From assembly GCF_000092105.1 (NCBI RefSeq), contig NC_014148.1, positions 1,860,001-1,892,000 on the forward strand: DNA of 32,000 bases, in the 5' to 3' direction. This DNA is from Planctopirus limnophila DSM 3776 (GTDB taxonomy: Bacteria > Planctomycetota > Planctomycetia > Planctomycetales > Planctomycetaceae). Below are positions 7,818-16,531 of the stretch, in pieces (the stretch's first letter is position 1; each line of letters opens with the position of its first letter). The position numbers and the translations under genes were made by a program. The notes below the pieces were generated by a model. That model was not told the origin of the DNA and did not search any database. It was given only the letters and a program-made list of their open reading frames with translations.

Positions 7818-10319
7818 ATGGAAGTCAAAATTTCGGATACGAATGCTCAATCAGGATCGGGGTGGGCTATGGACAAGTACAGTACAATCTTTAACCGTTG
7901 CTGGATGACATGGGGCGTTCTGGGAACATTCCTGTTCGCAACTGGTGATGTATTTGGTGAGTCCAAGCTCACTCAATTGCGTGTCTATCCTGAGCAGGTC
8001 AAGCTCGAGACAACAGCAGATCGGCAGCTCCTTGTTGTTCAGGCGGTGCGAGAGGATGGCGTAACTGTCGATGTCAGTCATGAGGCAAAATTCCAGATCG
8101 CTGATCAACAGTTTGTCAAGCTGGAGGGGACGACGTTATGTCCTCAGGCTGATGGCAAGACAGAGCTTCGTGTCGAGTATGGTGGTTTGACAAAGGCTGT
8201 TCCTCTGGAAGTCATCAAAGCGACTGAAGCTCGTCCTGTGAGTTTCAAACTGGATGTGATGCCAGTGCTGATGAAGGCGGGCTGTAACAGTGGTAGCTGC
8301 CATGGTGCTGCCCGCGGAAAAGATGGTTTTCGACTTTCTCTCTTTGGTTACGACCCGGATGGTGATTACCACCGCATCGTAAGAGAACTCCCCGGTCGCC
8401 GAGTCGACCTCGCTGTGCCTGAAGCCAGTCTTCTGGTCGAAAAATCTGTGGGGGCTGTTCCCCATGGCGGCGGTAAGCGTTTTGAGATGACTTCGGATCT
8501 GAATAAAACCTTTGTCGACTGGGTCGCCGCCAATTGCCCGCAAGATCCGGCTGATGTCCCCGTCTGCACAGGGTTATCACTATACCCGCCAGATGGGGTG
8601 CTCGATGGCGAAGGTACAAAGCAACAGGTAACAGTTCGTGCGACCTATAGCGATGGTTCTGATCGGGACGTGACAGCCCTGACATTGTTTATGTCGAATA
8701 ATGACAATTCCGCAACAATTTCTCCCGAAGGTATCATTCAGGCGGGAGCTCGTGGCGAAGCCTTTATCATGGCTCGCTTCGCTACATTTACCGTGGGCTC
8801 TCACTTTGTCGTGTTGCCCAAATGGCATCAGTATGAGGCTAAGGCAATGCCGAGTGCCAATTATATTGATGACCTGGTCAATCAGAAACTCATGAAACTG
8901 CGCATTGAACCCAGTGGCAAAGCGGATGACGAAGCATTTCTGAGGCGTGTTTACCTCGATCTGGTCGGGATTCTCCCGACGGAAGAAGAATATGTCGCTT
9001 TCATGACGGATACGAATCCTCAGAAGCGGGATCTGCTGATTGATCAACTTGTCGAGCGGAAAGAATTCACTGAAGTCTGGGTCTCCAAGTGGGCCGAATG
9101 GCTGATGATGAGATCATCCAATCAGACCAGCTATAAGTCGATTGTGCTGTACTATAACTGGCTATCAGAGCAGATCGCCGAGAATGTGCCGCTCAATGTC
9201 ATGGTGCGAGATATTCTCTCTGCGAATGGGGGGACATTTAAGAACGCTCCGACAAATTTCTATCAGATCGAGCGGGATACACTCAAAGTATCTGAGAATG
9301 TCGCCCAGATCTTCATGGGAATGAGAACGCAATGCGCTCAATGTCATAATCATCCTTTTGATCGCTGGACACAGGATGATTACTACGCCTTTGCGTCGTT
9401 CTTTTCTCAGATTGGACGTAAGGAAGCCGAAGACTATCGCGAAACGATCATTTTCAATAGTGGTGGTGGTGACGTAAGGCATCCTGTCAACGGTAAGGTG
9501 ATGGAGCCTGTCTTTCTGGGTGGGCCAAAAGCAGATACGAAGGGTAAGGATCGCCGTGAAGTCCTGGCGAATTGGCTGGCTTCGCCGGAGAATCCGTACT
9601 TTGCTGAAAACTTCGTCAACCGAGTGTGGCATCACTTCTTCGGGATTGGCATTGTCGATCCGATTGATGATGTGCGAATCTCCAATCCTCCTTCCAATGA
9701 GCCTCTCTTGAAAGAGTTGGCCAAGAGATTCACAGCTTCGAACTACAACTTCAAGCAGTTGGTTAAAGAAATTGTTCGTTCAGAAGCTTATCAGCGGTCA
9801 ACACAGCGGAATGAATCGAATGCCACCGATGAGAAGAATTTTGCTCATCAATCTCTACGGCGTATTAAAGCCGAATCAATGCTCGACATTATCACGCAGG
9901 TGACAAGTGGTCGGGAGAAGTTCCGCGGGTTGCCTCTGGGGGCTCGAGCCGTTCAGATTGCTGACGGACAGACATCGAACTACTTCCTGACGACTTTTGG
10001 TCGAGCGACGCGTGAAACGGCTTGCAGTTGTGAGGTGAAGATGGAGCCGACGTTGTCGCAGGCACTGCACCTGCTCAATGGCGATTCTTCCAATCAGAAG
10101 ATTGCCCAGGGGAACCTGGTTGGTAAGTGGTTGCAGGAGAAAGTTCCTCACGAAGAGATTGTGCAGCGACTCTATATTCGCTGTCTTTCACGCAAAGCGA
10201 CTCAAGCAGAACTTGACGTTCTGTTGCCAACTTTGGCTGAATCGAAGGATGCCAAGAAAGATCTCGATGATGTTTTCTGGGCACTGCTGAACAGCCGGGA
10301 ATTTATCTTTAATCACTAA
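7818..10319 (+). CDS. DUF1549/DUF1553 domain protein with Ig-like (Big_2) domains
   Basis: Motifs: CNSGSCHGAARGKDGFRLSLFGYDP, CAQCHNHPFDRWTQDDYY (DUF1549), and the DUF1553-type C-terminus (ACSCE...LHLLNG...FWALLNSREFIFNH). Two Big_2-like segments are present. The start is uncertain: ATG 7818 is preceded by AGGTGA, and ATG 7869 is the alternative. The track start 7758 is a non-ATG extension. Confidence 0.9.
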   Translation: MEVKISDTNAQSGSGWAMDKYSTIFNRCWMTWGVLGTFLFATGDVFGESKLTQLRVYPEQVKLETTADRQLLVVQAVREDGVTVDVSHEAKFQIADQQFVKLEGTTLCPQADGKTELRVEYGGLTKAVPLEVIKATEARPVSFKLDVMPVLMKAGCNSGSCHGAARGKDGFRLSLFGYDPDGDYHRIVRELPGRRVDLAVPEASLLVEKSVGAVPHGGGKRFEMTSDLNKTFVDWVAANCPQDPADVPVCTGLSLYPPDGVLDGEGTKQQVTVRATYSDGSDRDVTALTLFMSNNDNSATISPEGIIQAGARGEAFIMARFATFTVGSHFVVLPKWHQYEAKAMPSANYIDDLVNQKLMKLRIEPSGKADDEAFLRRVYLDLVGILPTEEEYVAFMTDTNPQKRDLLIDQLVERKEFTEVWVSKWAEWLMMRSSNQTSYKSIVLYYNWLSEQIAENVPLNVMVRDILSANGGTFKNAPTNFYQIERDTLKVSENVAQIFMGMRTQCAQCHNHPFDRWTQDDYYAFASFFSQIGRKEAEDYRETIIFNSGGGDVRHPVNGKVMEPVFLGGPKADTKGKDRREVLANWLASPENPYFAENFVNRVWHHFFGIGIVDPIDDVRISNPPSNEPLLKELAKRFTASNYNFKQLVKEIVRSEAYQRSTQRNESNATDEKNFAHQSLRRIKAESMLDIITQVTSGREKFRGLPLGARAVQIADGQTSNYFLTTFGRATRETACSCEVKMEPTLSQALHLLNGDSSNQKIAQGNLVGKWLQEKVPHEEIVQRLYIRCLSRKATQAELDVLLPTLAESKDAKKDLDDVFWALLNSREFIFNH

Positions 10320-10440
10320 GGCGCAGTCGCGAGCGTTTCCTTGATTTGTGAACTTAAGTATTTGGTGTTGTAACGCGGTTGACATTGATGGCTTCTCCTC
10401 ACCTGATTGGCCTGACATTCGTGGAAGAGTGAGTATCAGT

Positions 10441-12711
10441 ATGGGTCGGTTTCTCCCAATCCTTTTGACCATGGCGATGGCTGTTCCTGGAGCGATATCT
10501 GCTCAGGAAAAATCGTCGGATGATAAACCTCAGGAGAAGAAGATCACTTATGACGAGCACATTCTGCCAATTTTTCGGGAGAAATGCGGCTCGTGCCATA
10601 ATGCCAATGATAAAAAAGGTGACCTGGTTCTCGATAACTACTCCGCTGCCATGCAGGGTGGGGCTTCTGGCGAAGTCATTAATACCAACGGTGAGCCCGC
10701 CAATAGTCAGCTTTATCTGGTGATGACCCATGAGTCAGAGCCCATCATGCCCCCGGGCCAACCACGACTGCCGGATGCTCAGTTGGAACTTGTTCGTAAA
10801 TGGATTGAGCAGGGGGCACTGCAGAATTCGGGAAGTAAAGCCAAGATCAAAAAGAAGACAGTGGTGACTGCCTCTGCAGCCTCGTCCATGAAGCGGCCCG
10901 ATGGCCCGGCACCCATGCCTGAAGTTGCTTTGCCGATCGAGCCAGTGGTTGTGACGTCCCGGGCAAATGCGGTCACTGCTTTGGCAGCCAACCCGTGGGC
11001 TCCACTCTTGGCGGTATCGGGCTACAAGCAGATTCTGCTTTACCACGCTCAGACATTAGATCTCGTGGGAGTACTCCCTTTTCCTGAAGGGCAACCCCAT
11101 ATTCTGAAGTTCAGCCGGAATGGTTCTGTATTGCTCGCTGGTGGTGGCCGGGGAGGCCAAAGCGGTCTGGTGGTACTGTTTGACATCAAGACGGGGAGAA
11201 GGCTCGCTCAGGTCGGCTCTGAGTATGATACCGTTCTGGCAGCAGACTTGAGCCCAGATATGTCGCTGGTCGCACTGGGTGGCCCGAAGAAGATGCTGCG
11301 GGTCTATGAAGTATCGACTGGTGAATTGCTTTACGAGTCCAAGAAACACACTGATTGGGTGACCGCGATTGAATTCAGCCCTGATGGAGTGTTGCTCGCC
11401 ACCGGTGACCGTAGTAATGGGCTCGTGGTTTGGGAAGCCTATACCGGAAGAGAGTTCTACTTTCTGACCGGTCACACAGGGAGTATTAACGATGTCTCGT
11501 GGTCGCCAGATAGCAATACGCTGGCCAGTGGCAGCGAAGATGGCACGATTCGATTGTGGGAAATGCAGAACGGCGGCCAGATCAAGAACTTTAATGCTCA
11601 TGGCGGCGGCGTTCAGGCATTGGATTTTACACTCGATGTTCGGATTGTTTCGACCGGCCGTGATCGCGTGACGAAACTATTTGACGCCAATGGAAACAAG
11701 CAGAGAGATTTCCCTGCGACTCAGGATGTGGGCATGGAAGTTTGTTATTCGGGTGAGACCGACCGGGTCTATGCAGGTGATATGGCCGGTCGGGTTTATG
11801 CCTGGAATGCGAAAGATGGAGCAGTGATCGGCCAGTGTGTCACGAATCCGGCATCAGTCACGGCTCAATTGGCGGCCGCTCAAGCGGAATTGACAGGGTC
11901 ACAGCAAAAAGTCACTGCTGCGAATGAGGCTGTGGAATCTTTGCGTAAACAACTCGCAGATCGCCAGAAGGCGGCGGAAGAAGCGGGCAAAATGGTTGGT
12001 ATTCGTGAGGCCGAACTGAACGCCAAGAATGAGGCAAAAACTGCCAAGCAGAGTGACATGAGCCGGGTGGAACAGCAGTTGGGGGGAATGAAGCAGCAAC
12101 TCTCCAAACAGCAGCAGGATTTTGACCAGACCACTAAGGCGTTGGAAGTCGCAATGACCAAACTGAATGGTCAAAAGGGAGAACTGCAAAAGGTTCGAGA
12201 AGCATTCGATACGACACAAAAAGCGTTGGAAAATGCACGGAACAGTTTGAATGGAGATGCCGAAAACGCAGATCAGAAAAACATTGTTTCTGATTTGGAA
12301 GGAAAGGTTAAGTCGGCTAAAGACCAGGTGGATCTCGTCGAAGCAGCCGTGAAAGAGCAGGTCACGACTGTTTCGGGGCTGGAAAAACAGATTGATGAGC
12401 GTAAGCAGGCTTTAGCTGCTATCAAGACAGAGGTAAACACTCTGGAAGGAAAGCTCACGTCTGGTCGAGATGAATTAAAGGCACTGGATAGTGCTCGAAA
12501 TAATGCCGAGCAGGCCCTTAAAAATGCGAGGATGGAAGCTGAGCAGCGCATGAAAACTGCATCGGCAACGGAGGATGAAAAGAAGCAGCTGGCTGAGCGG
12601 GAAGCAGCCTTGAAGACTGCCCAGGAGTTGCTGGTGCGGTGGCAAGGACGAATCACGACTATTGAAGCTGTTCGAAATCTACCACCACTTTCTACAGCCG
12701 TTGTGGAGTAG
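10441..12711 (+). CDS. Planctomycete cytochrome-c-like (PSCyt1, CxxCH) domain / WD40 beta-propeller / long C-terminal coiled-coil protein
   Basis: Signal peptide MGRFLPILLTMAMAVPGAISA. CGSCH motif at 10585-10599 inside ILPIFREKCGSCHN...LVRKWIEQGA. Several WD repeats (HTDWVTAIEFSPDG, GHTGSINDVSWSPD, GSEDGTIRLWE). The last roughly 280 aa are heptad-like and rich in Q/E/K/A. The track start 10348 is a non-ATG extension. Confidence 0.9.
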   Translation: MGRFLPILLTMAMAVPGAISAQEKSSDDKPQEKKITYDEHILPIFREKCGSCHNANDKKGDLVLDNYSAAMQGGASGEVINTNGEPANSQLYLVMTHESEPIMPPGQPRLPDAQLELVRKWIEQGALQNSGSKAKIKKKTVVTASAASSMKRPDGPAPMPEVALPIEPVVVTSRANAVTALAANPWAPLLAVSGYKQILLYHAQTLDLVGVLPFPEGQPHILKFSRNGSVLLAGGGRGGQSGLVVLFDIKTGRRLAQVGSEYDTVLAADLSPDMSLVALGGPKKMLRVYEVSTGELLYESKKHTDWVTAIEFSPDGVLLATGDRSNGLVVWEAYTGREFYFLTGHTGSINDVSWSPDSNTLASGSEDGTIRLWEMQNGGQIKNFNAHGGGVQALDFTLDVRIVSTGRDRVTKLFDANGNKQRDFPATQDVGMEVCYSGETDRVYAGDMAGRVYAWNAKDGAVIGQCVTNPASVTAQLAAAQAELTGSQQKVTAANEAVESLRKQLADRQKAAEEAGKMVGIREAELNAKNEAKTAKQSDMSRVEQQLGGMKQQLSKQQQDFDQTTKALEVAMTKLNGQKGELQKVREAFDTTQKALENARNSLNGDAENADQKNIVSDLEGKVKSAKDQVDLVEAAVKEQVTTVSGLEKQIDERKQALAAIKTEVNTLEGKLTSGRDELKALDSARNNAEQALKNARMEAEQRMKTASATEDEKKQLAEREAALKTAQELLVRWQGRITTIEAVRNLPPLSTAVVE

Positions 12712-12748
12712 GTTATAAAGCTTGAATTCTCCCGTATGATGAATTGTC

Positions 12749-12794
12749 AGAGGGATGGTTTTCGTGACATCGAAAGCCATCCCTCTTTCATTTT
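12749..12794 (+). terminator. Rho-independent terminator closing the plus-strand block
   Basis: 16-bp stem AGAGGGATGGTTTTCG (12749-12764) / CGAAAGCCATCCCTCT (12771-12786) with one G-U pair and a 6-nt loop, followed by TTCATTTT. It lies 38 nt after the stop codon. Confidence 0.8.
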
Positions 12795-12892
12795 GGCAGG
12801 CCAGATTGGAGGGGGCTGCTTGATTTCTCAAAGATTGATCCCAAAACTTGGCGAATCCACTGGGGATCGAGAGTCTTTGAGGGCAGTGTCAG

Positions 12893-13711
12893 ATGTTGAT
12901 CGATGGATCTGAGCGGTCACGAAAACAGTTTCTGGAGACGAATCGTCAGGCGTGGGATACCCTGGCTCGAAATGGCAGTCCTTTTGCCCATGTGGCCAGT
13001 GACGAGGAATGCCGGTATCCCTTAAAGACACTGGACTCTCGGGGCTGGCTGCCAGAGGATGTCCGGGGCCTGAAAGTTCTCTGCCTCGCTGCGGGTGGAG
13101 GATGGCAATCGATTCTTTATGCCACTGCCGGTGCCGAGGTGACTGTTGTCGATCTGAGTCCTGAGATGCTCGCATTGGATTCGAGAGAGGCACAGCGCAG
13201 AGGTCTCAATGTGCGAACTTTGGCCACATCCATGGATGATTTGTCGATGCTGGGAGACGCCACCTTCGATATTGCCCATCAACCTGTCAGTACCTGCTAC
13301 ATTCCCAGCCTCTCGGGGATGTATCGGGAACTGGCTCGAGTACTCAAAGATGGGGGGCTGTACATCAGTCAGCACAAGCAGCCAGGGAGTCTGCAGATCA
13401 CCCATCGAGACCACCGTGATCGCTATGTGTTAGGGGTGGAATACTATGAACAGCGCGCCTTACCCGTAGCAGCGGATACGCTCTATCGAGAACAGGGAAC
13501 AAGCGAGTTTCTGCATCGCTGGGATGAACTGATTGGCGAGCTGTGCCGCAATGGCTTCGTGCTGGAAGATCTGGTGGAACCGAGGCGGGCCGACCTGACG
13601 GCATCACCTGGATCGTCAGGGCACAGAGGTCGATTTGTGCCCCCTTATGTGCGGCTCAAAGCACGGCGACATCGCAGGGATTCAGAACAGACCACGCGCA
13701 TTTTCTCGTAG
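12893..13711 (+). CDS. Class I SAM-dependent methyltransferase
   Basis: Motif I-like VLCLAAGGGWQS followed by an acidic post-I residue (VTVVDLSPEML). 272 aa with an ATG start. Confidence 0.85.
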   Translation: MLIDGSERSRKQFLETNRQAWDTLARNGSPFAHVASDEECRYPLKTLDSRGWLPEDVRGLKVLCLAAGGGWQSILYATAGAEVTVVDLSPEMLALDSREAQRRGLNVRTLATSMDDLSMLGDATFDIAHQPVSTCYIPSLSGMYRELARVLKDGGLYISQHKQPGSLQITHRDHRDRYVLGVEYYEQRALPVAADTLYREQGTSEFLHRWDELIGELCRNGFVLEDLVEPRRADLTASPGSSGHRGRFVPPYVRLKARRHRRDSEQTTRIFS

Positions 13712-13973
13712 GTTCTTACTTCGCGAAGAAGCTTCGAGAGCACGAAACACACTTGATGAGCGCATGAACACGTTTCGTCGCGGGTTGTCTACCGTGTGGT
13801 GTATGTGTTTGTTTGATGGGATGTCAGAAAATCCACTCAGATTGGCTAGTTATTTACGGCGTCATCGCAAATAATCAATGAAACAGCAAGTCTTGATGGG
13901 CCGAGATCCTCGCGATGTTCTTGGCGGTCAGGTCGGCTTCAGCTTGTGATCAATTGTTAGGGAGTGACAACAA

Positions 13974-14465
13974 ATGTATGGCATTCGCTTGAGTTTATTG
14001 GGGATCGTTCTGGGGATGTCTCTTCACGGATGTGGTGGCGGTAGCGAAGTACCAAAAGATCGATTGCCGACCTTTCCCGTGACAGGTGTGGTAACACTGG
14101 ATGATAAACCTCTCGATGGCGCGACGGTGACATTTCATGCACCGGCCTCAAGTCCTGATGGTAAGACCATCCCCAGCGCGATTGGAACCACCGATTCATC
14201 CGGTCGATTCAAACTGATGACCTGGCAGCCCAATGATGGTGCAGCAGCTGCCAATTACACCGTAAGCGTTTCTAAGTATGAGGCGACACCAGCGGCCGCT
14301 TCTACCGGGGGTGAGTATGTGCCACCAGATCCCAAAGTGAAACCAGTGGCTCCGAAAGCTCTGGTACCAGCCAAATACCTCAATCATCAGAAGTCTGGGT
14401 TAATGGCTGAGGTGAAATCTTCAGGAAAGAACGAATTCAAGCTGGAGTTGAAGTCACAGCCTTAG
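13974..14465 (+). CDS. Lipoprotein with carboxypeptidase-regulatory-like (transthyretin-like) beta domain
   Basis: Lipobox LGMSLHGC|GGG. VTGVVTLDDKPLDGATVTFH is typical of CarboxypepD_reg-like domains. GGAG lies 9 nt upstream of the ATG. Confidence 0.8.
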   Translation: MYGIRLSLLGIVLGMSLHGCGGGSEVPKDRLPTFPVTGVVTLDDKPLDGATVTFHAPASSPDGKTIPSAIGTTDSSGRFKLMTWQPNDGAAAANYTVSVSKYEATPAAASTGGEYVPPDPKVKPVAPKALVPAKYLNHQKSGLMAEVKSSGKNEFKLELKSQP

Positions 14466-14639
14466 GGGTTGCGTAACTTCGGTATTCTCAAGCTCACACT
14501 CATTGCGATCCCACTGTCTCTGGGAGTTATTGCAATTGAATTGAAGATCCACTCGGGGTCTGCGTTACGAGTTTCTTGTCAGTTGGATGTTTGTTGCGTC
14601 ATTAACTGTGCCAGTATGGCACGCGGCTCTGGGATGCTG

Positions 14640-15494
14640 TTATTCGGCGATGAGTCGGTTTCGACCCAGGCTTTCTGCCTTGGCTAATGCTCTTCTGGCG
14701 CTCTGGATCAGTTCCTCAGGATTGCTTTCCGGTTGTGAACAGGACAATCCTGAGGATGCCGTCACGATGACTTCCTGTTGGCCATTTTCCAACAGGAAGT
14801 GATGAGTCCGGATCGAGTCACGAATCATTTCGGCCTGTCTCCAGGCTTGTGCTGGTGTGAGATTCGGAAGCAGGACTGAGATCGTTTGTTCGTCGAACTG
14901 ACAGATCAGATCCGTATCTCGTGCCGATCGAATGACCAGAGCGATCATCTTTTGTAGCAGTTGACTAGTCTCGCTCGGGCCGTACCGCCGAAGGGCTGAG
15001 TCATGCCGATCCATTCTCACCAATAAAAGTGCGCTGGTGGTATGGCAGGCGGTGCCATAATCGAGCATGTGTTTGAGATTGAGATCAAATGTGGTGCGGT
15101 CTGGTAGACCAGACGATGCTGAGTGAGCGTCAGTCATCCATTCGAACTGGAAAACTGCTGGTGAGCTGTTGTGGCTGCCGCGCAGGTTGGCAAGCCGCTG
15201 AAGTGACTCGATGAGACGGGATTGGACTTTCTCTAACCGATTTTGTCGATCCGGCGGGAATGGTTTTTGAGATTCGGATAGAGCGAAAGTACAGTTCTTC
15301 TCGACTTGTTCCAGTTCAGTCAGCAATCGGTTCTGCCAGAGGGCAGCGTCTTTGAGGGCTCGTGAAAACTGGCGCCGTTGCCACCAGGGCCCCAGCCAGA
15401 TGCCGCAGATAAATCCTGTAGCGGCAGCAACAAGTAGAGCCAGTCCGCCTGTGGATAATGCGAGCCACAAAGTGAACTGCTCATGCGATTCCAT
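14640..15494 (-). CDS. Membrane-anchored protein with degenerate GGDEF (diguanylate-cyclase-like) domain
   Basis: One N-terminal TM segment (LWLALSTGGLALLVAAATGFICGIWLG) and a coiled linker. GGDEF-domain landmarks are SGLPDRTTFDLNL, LLLVRMD and RALAKAESLGRNR. The signature position reads QFDEQ (14882-14896) instead of GG(D/E)EF. ATG at 15494; the track start 15542 is TTG. Confidence 0.8.
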   Translation of the reverse strand: MESHEQFTLWLALSTGGLALLVAAATGFICGIWLGPWWQRRQFSRALKDAALWQNRLLTELEQVEKNCTFALSESQKPFPPDRQNRLEKVQSRLIESLQRLANLRGSHNSSPAVFQFEWMTDAHSASSGLPDRTTFDLNLKHMLDYGTACHTTSALLLVRMDRHDSALRRYGPSETSQLLQKMIALVIRSARDTDLICQFDEQTISVLLPNLTPAQAWRQAEMIRDSIRTHHFLLENGQQEVIVTASSGLSCSQPESNPEELIQSARRALAKAESLGRNRLIAE

Positions 15495-15937
15495 GGAAAC
15501 GGCCTGTGCTGTTTGAGTTGTCGAGAAGTGAATTCGAGCCAAACATCTGGAGAGATATCTCAGTTAACTGGCATAGAGCGCCGCATTTTCCGTCTGAATT
15601 CCAGAATCTCGAAGCGAGACGATGTGTGAAAACCTGTACCACGAGTGAGACTCTCCATCGCCAAGTTTGTCTCATAAACGCTCTTTGTGACCACAAGAAT
15701 TCATACGCGAGGACGTTGTTGATGATGGATAATCTGGCTGTAGCGAATAAGTGGTGCAGGACTGATTCGAGAGTGTTTTCTCAGAAGATGGAGTGTGCAT
15801 GCGCTCACTGGATTCTCAGTCTATGACGGGAATCCTCGCGTTGTCGACGATCAGCTTTTAGACTGTGGGGAACGTTGTTTATCAATGATCCAGAAGTCGG
15901 GCGGCTCGATGGCCGCCATCGAGAAGGTGATTGCGAA

Positions 15938-16495
15938 ATGTATGACCGTGCCCGTCTGATCGAACTGTTTCACCAGAGAGCATTACGGTTTGGAGACTTC
16001 ACACTCGCATCGGGCAAAAAATCGAGCTATTACCTGGATGGAAAGCAGATCACGCTGCATTCCGAGGGATTGAAGCTGTTGAGCGAAGGGCTTCTGGATC
16101 TCCTCGAAGGGATCGAGTTCGATGCTTTTGGAGGGATGTCGTTAGGGGCTGATCCCATCGTGGGAGGGGTGCTGACAGCAGCCGCTGCCCGCGGAAAAGA
16201 GCTGGCTGGCTTTCTGGTGCGTAAGGAGTCCAAAGGGCATGGCACACAGAAGTATCTCGAAGGGCCAGTCACTCCGGGGATGCGTGTGGTCATTGTGGAC
16301 GATGTCGTGACGACCGGGGGGAGTGCACTGCTTTCGGTTGATCGCTCAATCGATTTTGGTCTTAACGTGATTCAGGTTGTCGGAGTGGTCGACCGCAAAG
16401 AAGGGGGTGCTGCCAACTTTGCCGCCCGCCAATTGCCCTTCAAAAGCCTGCTCAGTATTGAAGACTTCGGGATCAAACCACCAGTAGTCGGCTAG
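15938..16495 (+). CDS. pyrE: Orotate phosphoribosyltransferase
   Basis: FGDFTLASGKKSSYYLDG N-terminal block and the PRPP-binding motif VVIVDDVVTTGGS. ATG 15938 is preceded by GAAGGTGA. The track start 15875 is an upstream extension. Confidence 0.92.
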   Translation: MYDRARLIELFHQRALRFGDFTLASGKKSSYYLDGKQITLHSEGLKLLSEGLLDLLEGIEFDAFGGMSLGADPIVGGVLTAAAARGKELAGFLVRKESKGHGTQKYLEGPVTPGMRVVIVDDVVTTGGSALLSVDRSIDFGLNVIQVVGVVDRKEGGAANFAARQLPFKSLLSIEDFGIKPPVVG

Positions 16496-16531
16496 GAGTT
16501 CCAGAGTGAAACTTCTAGCAAAAATCAGCAG

